Positions 57,229 to 64,000 of a stretch of 64,000 nt of DNA are shown here, piece after piece; within the stretch, counting starts at the first letter, position 1; the number at the start of each line of letters is the position of its first letter. The DNA comes from Myxococcota bacterium (lineage in GTDB: Bacteria > Myxococcota_A > UBA796 > SXON01), in assembly GCA_040386535.1 (NCBI GenBank), contig JAZKFH010000008.1:144011-208010 (forward strand), written 5' to 3'. Below the pieces are notes generated by a model. The model did no database searches. It was not told where the DNA came from and worked only from the letters and a program-made list of their open reading frames with translations. The position numbers and the translations under genes were made by a program.

Positions 57229-58437
57229 ATGCTCTTGTCCCTCGTCGTCTCGGTCCAAGCCGCGTCCCTGCCCGTGTGGAAGTGGCCCGCCGGTGAGGTC
57301 CAACGGTTCCACATCGAGACCGAGATCGTCACGCCGCCGGGCCAGCGCTACTACGCGGCGAACAACCTGGATGCACGCGCGGGTGCCATCAAGATCCGGG
57401 CGGATGCCTCGTGCACCGCCAAGCCCGAGGGCAAGGTCCAGGTCGTGAAGTGCAGTTTCGCCTACTTCGACATGAAGGGGCAGGCCTGGGTGGCCGACGA
57501 GGCCGTCAAGCTCGACACGATCCTCACCGAGTGGACCACCGACCTCGGCAAGACCAGCGTCGAGATGGAGCTCGGGGCGGACGGGCGCCTGCGCACGTTC
57601 GACACCTTCGGTGGCAAGGACCGCAGCAACAAGCGCGAGGGCTACATCATCGAGCAGCAGCGCACCTTGCTGCAGCGCGTGTTCTGCGCGTTCGACCTTC
57701 CGCTCACGACGGACGACAAGGACTGGATCCGCGGCTGGTCCCAGAAGGGCGGCTCCGCGCTGATGCAGCTCCAGACCATCACCGGCACCGCCGGCGCGTC
57801 CGACATCAAGCACGTCCACGCCGGCGAGCGGGACGGCCTCACCGTCATCCAGACCACCGCCAAGGGCACGCTCTCCGCGGGCTCCGCGATCGACGCGGAT
57901 GCCGGCAGCCGCCTGGTGGACGTGCGGCTCGCCGGAGAGACCCTCTTCGACATCGCGAGCGGCATGATGATGTGGCGCGACTTCACGATGGACGGCCGCC
58001 TCATGGTCAGCGCGCAGCAGGCCGGAAACGGCGCCGAGTACTTCCAGGTCGGCGCCCTCCAGTGGGTGCCGGAGTTTCCCGCGCCGGGTGAGATCCCGCT
58101 CTCCGTCACGGCCATGCGGGCGCCCCGCCTCTCCGGCGTCGCGCCCGTGCCGGTCGCCGGCCTCGCCGTCGTCTCCTTCGCCGAGCTCGGCATGGACCCG
58201 CTGTTCGTCCAGGGCTTCCCGGCCGCGGCCGAGCCGCTCAACCTGCCCGTGACCAAGGTCACCGCGCGCGTCCTCGTCAACGCGGACGGGGTCCCCAGCT
58301 CGGTCACGCCGTTCGCCGGGTTCATGGTGCTCGGCGTGCCCACCGAGCAGGCGCTCCTCGGCGCGCGCTTCCCGGCCCGGCCCGCGCCCTACGCGGTCGA
58401 CCTCGACGTGGAGTGGCGCCCGTCGGCCGAGGAGTAG
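57229..58437 (+). CDS. Exported protein with C-terminal TonB-C-like domain
   Basis: Short signal; beta-rich N-domain; FPAAAEPL..KVTARVLVNADGVPSSV..ALLGARFPA..VDLDVEW. Confidence 0.65.
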   Translation: MLLSLVVSVQAASLPVWKWPAGEVQRFHIETEIVTPPGQRYYAANNLDARAGAIKIRADASCTAKPEGKVQVVKCSFAYFDMKGQAWVADEAVKLDTILTEWTTDLGKTSVEMELGADGRLRTFDTFGGKDRSNKREGYIIEQQRTLLQRVFCAFDLPLTTDDKDWIRGWSQKGGSALMQLQTITGTAGASDIKHVHAGERDGLTVIQTTAKGTLSAGSAIDADAGSRLVDVRLAGETLFDIASGMMMWRDFTMDGRLMVSAQQAGNGAEYFQVGALQWVPEFPAPGEIPLSVTAMRAPRLSGVAPVPVAGLAVVSFAELGMDPLFVQGFPAAAEPLNLPVTKVTARVLVNADGVPSSVTPFAGFMVLGVPTEQALLGARFPARPAPYAVDLDVEWRPSAEE

Positions 58438-58460
58438 CGGTCCCCGTCGAGGAGTAGCGT

Positions 58461-58487
58461 CCCGCCCCGCTTCTCTCGCGGGGCGGG
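58461..58487. terminator. Hairpin between convergent genes (candidate bidirectional terminator)
   Basis: CCCGCCCCGC-TTCTCTC-GCGGGGCGGG perfect 10-bp stem. Confidence 0.55.
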
Positions 58488-58496
58488 CTTCGCCGC

Positions 58497-60587
58497 CTAC
58501 AGGTCCTGGACGAACTCGTAGTAGTCCCCGAAGTGCACCCGGTTGACCTGCCGGCCCATCTTGACCAGCTCGCGGGCGATGGCCTCGATGGCGTGCCGCA
58601 TGCAAACGTCCTCGCGTCGGGCCGAGGCCAGCACGCACGCGTTGATCGCGGCGTTGACGATGAGGCCGCCCGCGATGTTGAACTGGTTGGACAGGTAGGT
58701 CAGGTCCAGATCGTCGCCGCGCGGGGCGTAGGGCGGAAACGCGCGCTCCCAGAGCTTGAGCCGCTCGCTCGGCGAGGGCATCGGGAACTCGACGACGGCA
58801 CCGAACCGGCGGAGGAACGCCTCGTCGATGTTCTCCTGGAGGTTGGTCGTCAGGATCGCGCAGCCCTCGAACACCTCGAGGCGCTGGAGGAGGAAGCTCA
58901 CTTCCTGGTTCGCGAAGCGGTCCTGGGCCTGCTTGACCTCGCCGCGGCTCCCGAAGAGGGCGTCGGCTTCGTCGAACAGCAGCACGGCGGTCCCGCCCTC
59001 CGCGGCGTCGAAGATCTCGCGGAGGTTCTTCTCGGTCTCGCCGACCCACCGGCTGATGACGCTGGAGAGGTCGACGCGGAACATGTCGAGGCCGAGCGTG
59101 CCGGCGATGACCTCGGCGGCCATCGTCTTTCCGGTACCCGGGCCGCCGGAGAACAGCGCCTTGATGCCGTAGCCGCGGGGCCGGATCTTGTTCGCGCCCC
59201 ACCGGTGGTACACGTTCTCCTGCTCGGACAGGTAATTCGTGAGGTGTTTGAGCTGTTTTTCGATCTTGACCGGGATGATCAGATCGCCCCACGTGTACTG
59301 GGGCACCACGTGCTGAGCGAGGCCGCGGAACTCGGGCCGGCTCCCCTCGCGGGCGGCGGCCCAGATGGCGTCGATGCTCGGCTCGTGCCCGCCCGACTCG
59401 GCCTCCGCGCGCTCGAGCACGCGTTGGATCGAGGTGCCGCCCACCGAGTAGAAGCGCTCGGCGATGTCGGCGCCGAGCTTCTCGTTCCAGCCGCGGCGGT
59501 TCAGCGCATCGCCCCAGGCCTCGTTGCGCTCCTCCAGCGTGGTGCGGGACACCTGCACCGTCACGCTCGGCCGGTCCGTGCCGAGCAGCGCCCCGATCGA
59601 CTTGCGGTCGGAGCCGCCCATCAGCACGGGGTAGGGAAGCGCCGAGAGCGCGCCGCCGAGCGCCATCAGGCCGTTGCGCAGCGCGGGATCCTCCTGGGAG
59701 GCCGCCACGTTCACGAGGAAGGGGAGCGCCCCGCTCATCCGCAGCTCGCGGACCAGATCGTAGGGCTCGTCGATGTATTGGCGCGCGCGCTCGAGATCGA
59801 TGCGGACCAGCGGCCGCTCGCACCGGCGCGCGATCGCCTGGGCCACGCCCTCGCGCATGCCGATCGTGCTCCCGACCACCGCCACGGTGATGGCACGATC
59901 GAGCGACTCGTCGAGATCGGCGATGCGCTTGCGGGTCGGCGCGGGGATGAACGGGTCCATCGACGTGTCGATGGGCGTGAACCCCACCGAGCTCGGCAGC
60001 TCCTCCTCTTCGAGGAGCCAGCGCAAGAGCCGCGGCGCGGGGTGGACGCGGCGCGAGGTGTGCGTGTCGTGCCCGTCGGGCGGGTTCAGCAGGAGCAACC
60101 GGTAGCGGATGAGCGGCCCGCCCTGCATCAGCCGCGCCTGGAGCGCCAACCGCTCACGACGCTCGGTGCGCAGCACGCGGGTGGCCATGTCGACCGTGAG
60201 GTAGGCCTGGTTCAGGTTGTCGTTTAGATACGCGAAGATGCGGCCGTACCCGGCGCTGATCTCCGGCGCGAGGGAGAGCAGGATGAGGTCGGCGTCGTCT
60301 CCGTCCAGATCGAACGCGCGGCGGAGCCGGGCGAACCGCCCGTCGGTCGCGTCGCGCATCGCGGCCGAGGCCGCCACCGCGTCCTCGAGGCCGTCGGGAC
60401 CGGTGATGTAGTCGATTTCGCCGTGCGCGCGGAGGAGCGCGTCCACCTCGTCGTCGGTGATGACGGAGCCCCAGAACTGGCCCTTGGCGCGCATCGAGGG
60501 CCGGGCGCGCTGACGCCGCACGGCGCGGAGCAGCAGGAGGTCGGTGCGCCGGAGGCGGCGCGCGAGCTCCTCGAAGACATTGCTCAT
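58497..60587 (-). CDS. AAA+ ATPase of Afp15/Pvc15 (eCIS-associated) type
   Basis: N-term LAPEISAGYGRIFAYLND; degenerate first AAA; intact GGPGTGKT, SRWVGETEKNL, LLFDEAD, DRFANQEVSFLLQRLE, DEAFLRRF. Confidence 0.88.
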   Translation of the reverse strand: MSNVFEELARRLRRTDLLLLRAVRRQRARPSMRAKGQFWGSVITDDEVDALLRAHGEIDYITGPDGLEDAVAASAAMRDATDGRFARLRRAFDLDGDDADLILLSLAPEISAGYGRIFAYLNDNLNQAYLTVDMATRVLRTERRERLALQARLMQGGPLIRYRLLLLNPPDGHDTHTSRRVHPAPRLLRWLLEEEELPSSVGFTPIDTSMDPFIPAPTRKRIADLDESLDRAITVAVVGSTIGMREGVAQAIARRCERPLVRIDLERARQYIDEPYDLVRELRMSGALPFLVNVAASQEDPALRNGLMALGGALSALPYPVLMGGSDRKSIGALLGTDRPSVTVQVSRTTLEERNEAWGDALNRRGWNEKLGADIAERFYSVGGTSIQRVLERAEAESGGHEPSIDAIWAAAREGSRPEFRGLAQHVVPQYTWGDLIIPVKIEKQLKHLTNYLSEQENVYHRWGANKIRPRGYGIKALFSGGPGTGKTMAAEVIAGTLGLDMFRVDLSSVISRWVGETEKNLREIFDAAEGGTAVLLFDEADALFGSRGEVKQAQDRFANQEVSFLLQRLEVFEGCAILTTNLQENIDEAFLRRFGAVVEFPMPSPSERLKLWERAFPPYAPRGDDLDLTYLSNQFNIAGGLIVNAAINACVLASARREDVCMRHAIEAIARELVKMGRQVNRVHFGDYYEFVQDL

Positions 60588-60626
60588 CGGTGTCCTTCCA
60601 ATGCGGGGTCGGGGGAATCCCCGATC

Positions 60627-61250
60627 CTACAGGAACGCCTTCTTGTCCGCGAAGCGATCGTGCGCGGCGTCGCGGGACTGCTCGATGGACTGCAACACCT
60701 CGCGCGCAAACCGCTCGAGGATCGCGTCGCGGCTGAAGCCCTCGCCCACGAGCGCGTCGTAGCCGCGCTGCGCGCTCGAGTCGATCTCCTGGCCCTCGCG
60801 CTTCTCCGAGGCCCCGCCCGCGGCGCCCGTGGCGCCCGTGCTCGGCACGGCGTGGCTCGCCTCGTGAGACTCCGCGCCGCCCGACCGGCTGCGGTGGAGC
60901 ACCATGCGCTCGACGGAGCGCGCGGCGATCTCTTCTCCGTCCCGAGCCTCGTGCGAGCCCTGCCCGCCGGAGTGATCGACGTGGTACTGCTCATGCGCGA
61001 AGAGGGCCTGGTCCTCGGCGCGCCCGGGGCTGAAGTCGTCCGCGACGATGATGCTCTTGTCGACCGTCATGGCGCGCGCGCCGAGGGTCTTGAGCGCGCG
61101 GCTGGCCAGCTCGCCGCCGAACACCTCGCCGCCGCCGGGCATGGCGCTCCGCTGGAGCTCCCCGCGACTGGCGCGGGACGCGAGCCGGTCGGCCGTGCGG
61201 GACACGCCGCGCGCGCTGCGCGAGGTGGTGGGGCTGTCGTTCGACGCCAT
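60627..61250 (-). CDS. Small DUF4157 (eCIS core domain) protein
   Basis: LGARAMTVDKSIIV..FSP..ALFAHEQYHV..EEIAARSVE. Confidence 0.8.
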   Translation of the reverse strand: MASNDSPTTSRSARGVSRTADRLASRASRGELQRSAMPGGGEVFGGELASRALKTLGARAMTVDKSIIVADDFSPGRAEDQALFAHEQYHVDHSGGQGSHEARDGEEIAARSVERMVLHRSRSGGAESHEASHAVPSTGATGAAGGASEKREGQEIDSSAQRGYDALVGEGFSRDAILERFAREVLQSIEQSRDAAHDRFADKKAFL

Positions 61251-61285
61251 GGGCCCTCCGAGACCGCGATGATAGCCTGTGCGGG

Positions 61286-62635
61286 GTGAGCTTCCTACTC
61301 CCGGACCTCGTCTATTCCGAAGGTGCGCTCCGCTCCGGCCTCGCCGTGTGGCTCCTCGGGCCCAGCATCGCCGGCGTCTTCCCCGCAGAGGAGCTGCCGG
61401 CAGGCGCGGATGTGGAGCGGCTCCCCGGCCGCGCGCTCCTCCCCGGCTTCGTCAACGCGCACTCCCACGCGTTCCAGCGCGGCTTGCGCGGGCACGTCCA
61501 GTATGCGGATGGCGCGGATTCGTTCTGGACCTGGCGGGACCGCATGTACCGCCTCGCCAACACCCTCGACCCCGACGGTATCGAGGCCGTCTCCGCCCTC
61601 GCCTTCCTCGAGATGGTGCGCGCCGGCTTCACGACGGTGGGCGAGTTCCACTACCTCCAGCACGCGCCCGACGGCACCCCCTACGCCGACCCCGACGAGC
61701 TCGCCCGGCGCGTCGTCGCCGCGGCGGAGCGCGTCGGCATCCGCATCGTGCTCCTGCGCGTCGCCTACGCCCGCGCCGGCGTCGGGCTCGCCCCCAACCC
61801 GCTCCAGCGCCGCTTCTACGATCGGGGCCCGGACGATGTCCTCGCCGCTGTCGCCCGCCTCCGCGCCAGCGGCGTCACGGTGGGCCTCGCGCCGCACTCC
61901 GTCCGCGCCTGCCCCGCCGATTGGCTGCGCGCGTTCGCCGGCTTCGACGGCCCGGTCCACGCGCACGTCGACGAGCAGCCCGCCGAGATCGCCGCGTCGC
62001 TGAAGGAGCACGGCCGCACGCCGCTGCAGGTGTTCGCCGACGCGGGCCTCGTGAACGAGCGCTTCACCGCGGTGCACCTCACGCACCCCGATGACGACGA
62101 GCTCGCCCTGCTCCGTGCCGCGGGCGGGCGGGTGTGCGTGTGCCCCACCACCGAGCTCGACCTGGGGGACGGCCTCTTCCCCGTCGCGCGCGCCGCCGGC
62201 ATCGACCTGTGCATCGGCTCCGACAGCCACGCGCTGATCGACCCGTTCACCGAGATGCGCAGCATCGAGTGGCACGCGCGCGCCGCGAGCGGCCGCCGCA
62301 ACGTGCTCGGCCCCTTCGCGGATCCGGACGGACTCGCGCGCGCCCTCCTCGACGCCGGGACGCGGGGCGGGGCAACAGCGCTCGGCCTCACCGTGCCGAA
62401 GCCGAACGCGGGCACGATCGCGCCCAACACCCCCGCGGATCTCGTCGCCATCGATCTGAACGACATCGCGCTACGCGGCGCGCGCATCCTCCCCGCGCTC
62501 GTGTTCTCGGGCCACCCCGGCCTCGTGACGGACGTGTGGGTCGGCGGGCGCCGGATCGTCGGGGGGCGGCATCACGTCGGCGCCGAGGCCATCGTAGCGG
62601 CGGCGGAGCGCGCGTTGGAGAAGGCGGGGGGGTGA
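61286..62635 (+). CDS. hutF: Formimidoylglutamate deiminase
   Basis: PGFVNAHSHAFQRGLRG, DSFWTWRDRMY, VGEFHYLQH, APHSVRA, CPTTELDLGDG, IGSDS. Confidence 0.92.
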   Translation: MSFLLPDLVYSEGALRSGLAVWLLGPSIAGVFPAEELPAGADVERLPGRALLPGFVNAHSHAFQRGLRGHVQYADGADSFWTWRDRMYRLANTLDPDGIEAVSALAFLEMVRAGFTTVGEFHYLQHAPDGTPYADPDELARRVVAAAERVGIRIVLLRVAYARAGVGLAPNPLQRRFYDRGPDDVLAAVARLRASGVTVGLAPHSVRACPADWLRAFAGFDGPVHAHVDEQPAEIAASLKEHGRTPLQVFADAGLVNERFTAVHLTHPDDDELALLRAAGGRVCVCPTTELDLGDGLFPVARAAGIDLCIGSDSHALIDPFTEMRSIEWHARAASGRRNVLGPFADPDGLARALLDAGTRGGATALGLTVPKPNAGTIAPNTPADLVAIDLNDIALRGARILPALVFSGHPGLVTDVWVGGRRIVGGRHHVGAEAIVAAAERALEKAGG

Positions 62636-62648
62636 TTTCGGGAGCTAG

Positions 62649-62684
62649 AGTTTTTGGGGCGGGGCTCCGCCCCGCAACGCCCGG
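62649..62684 (-). repeat. REP-like hairpin element (second copy)
   Basis: Reverse complement CCGGGCGTTGCGGGGCGGAGCCCCGCCCCAAAAACT resembles 5238-5281. Confidence 0.6.
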
Positions 62685-62705
62685 AGGCACGCAGTCCTCA
62701 GCCTC

Positions 62706-63830
62706 TCAGTCCAGCCGGCACCGGCGCGCCACGACCTCCTCCACCACGTCGACCGCGCGGTGGAGCTCCCCGATCGGCACGTATTCGTCGGCCTTGTGGG
62801 CCACGTCGATGCTGCCGGGGCCAAACACGATCGTGCGCACGCCCATCCGCTCGAAGTTGCCGCCATCGGTCGCGAACGCCGCGGCCGCGGTGTCCGGCGA
62901 GGCCGCCCAGGGCCGCAGCAACGTCTCGAGCGGAGTTCCGGCGGGCGTCAACATGGCCGGCGTGACGCGCACGAGCTCGGCGCGCACGCTCCCGAGGGGC
63001 TCGACGACAGCGCGGAGCTCCTCGAACAGCCCCTCCGGCGACATCCCGGGCAACGGGCGGAAGCCCACATCGATGATGCAGCGGTCGGGCACGATGTTCA
63101 CTGCGTTGCCGCCGTGGATCGTGGCGACGTTCATCACGACGAACGGGCGCTCGAGCAGCTCCGGGAACCGCACGTCGTGCCGCCACCGCTCGGCCAGCGC
63201 GTCGAGCGCGTCGATCACCCGCGCCGCGAGGCGGATCGCGTTCGCGCCGAGGTCGGGCTTGCTCGAGTGGGCCGCGCGCCCCGCGCACGTGATGCGCGCC
63301 GCGACGTGCCCCGGGTGCATCCGCAACATCTGGAACGAAGTCGGCTCCCCGATGAGTGCCATCGACGGGAGCGTGCGCCCCTCGGCCGCGTAGCGCTCGG
63401 CGATGCCGCGGGAGCCGAGGCAGCCCACCTCCTCGTCGTGCGTGAAGATCAGCACGAGCTCCCGGCGCAGATCGCGCGGCGGCGTGCGCGTCAGCGCCGC
63501 GACGATGGCGGCGAGGAACGCCTTCATGTCGCACGCGCCGCGCCCCACGAGCCGGTCGTCGCGTCGGGTCAGCTGGAAGGGGTCGGAGGTCCACGGCTGC
63601 CCCTCGACGGGGACCACGTCCATGTGCCCGGAGAGCACGATCCCGTCGGTGCCGGAGGGGCCCGCCGAGCAGACGAGGTTGCACTTGCCGGGCTCGGTCG
63701 CCGCCAGCGTCTCGACACGCATCCCCACCGCCTCGAGGCGGTTCGCGAGGTCGGCCGCGATGCCGGTCACTGGGCGGTCCGACACCGTAGGCCAGGCGAC
63801 GAGTCGGCCGAGGAGCTCTTCAACGTCCAT
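62706..63830 (-). CDS. argE: Acetylornithine deacetylase (M20A)
   Basis: LSGHMDVVP, GRGACDMK, HDEEVGCLG, IGEPT, GRAAHSS, GPGSIDVAHKADE. Confidence 0.9.
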   Translation of the reverse strand: MDVEELLGRLVAWPTVSDRPVTGIAADLANRLEAVGMRVETLAATEPGKCNLVCSAGPSGTDGIVLSGHMDVVPVEGQPWTSDPFQLTRRDDRLVGRGACDMKAFLAAIVAALTRTPPRDLRRELVLIFTHDEEVGCLGSRGIAERYAAEGRTLPSMALIGEPTSFQMLRMHPGHVAARITCAGRAAHSSKPDLGANAIRLAARVIDALDALAERWRHDVRFPELLERPFVVMNVATIHGGNAVNIVPDRCIIDVGFRPLPGMSPEGLFEELRAVVEPLGSVRAELVRVTPAMLTPAGTPLETLLRPWAASPDTAAAAFATDGGNFERMGVRTIVFGPGSIDVAHKADEYVPIGELHRAVDVVEEVVARRCRLD

Positions 63831-64000
63831 CGGGCTTCTTCCGGGAGGCGGGAGCCTTGCGAGGAGCCGCGGAGGCGGGCGCGGCTGCCGTCGTGACCTC
63901 ACGCGCCACGTCCTTGGCGGACGTGACCTCTTCTTCGGCGACTTTTTCGGGCGTCTCTTCTTTCTTCGCGCCGCTCTCGGCGTCCGCCTTGGCCGGCGCC
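63820..64000 (-). CDS. 3' end of a gene with Ala/Lys/Glu-rich low-complexity tail (partial)
   Basis: ...APAKADAESGAKKEETPEKVAEEEVTSAKDVAREVTTAAAPASAAPRKAPASRKKPDGR*; stop overlaps the argE start. Confidence 0.6.
   Translation of the reverse strand, partial: APAKADAESGAKKEETPEKVAEEEVTSAKDVAREVTTAAAPASAAPRKAPASRKKPDGR

Overview
Very GC-rich bacterial chromosomal window (roughly 70-75% GC by eye). The gene inventory suggests a Myxococcota/deltaproteobacterial-type organism (inference from Ser/Thr kinases, Cys-rich and DTDTD-repeat lipoproteins and a SahR-like regulator). About 55 CDS can be supported. Housekeeping/metabolic genes include uvrC, metH with an ArsR-methyltransferase regulator, two tandem IDH/IPMDH paralogs, htpX, fumC, queE, hutF and argE. 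Mobile and repetitive DNA includes: (i) a RAYT/REP-associated tyrosine transposase bracketed by inverted 57-bp-period repeat doublets; (ii) three further palindromic tandem arrays (50, 52 and 62 bp period), the 50-bp family bracketing a 3-gene block in inverted orientation; (iii) two MITEs with GGAGC termini inserted at TAG stop codons; (iv) a REP-like hairpin family. No rRNA, tRNA or CRISPR array was seen. The most promising unexplained block is 46978-61250: degenerate-FHA membrane proteins, a vWA lipoprotein, a Ser/Thr kinase, two paralogous PEGA/beta-barrel proteins and a TonB-C-like protein, next to an orphan eCIS-type AAA ATPase/DUF4157 pair. Other highlights are a candidate heteromeric IDH with complementary active-site losses and ultra-short, charge-free signal peptides. 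All family calls come from motif recognition; no searches were run.
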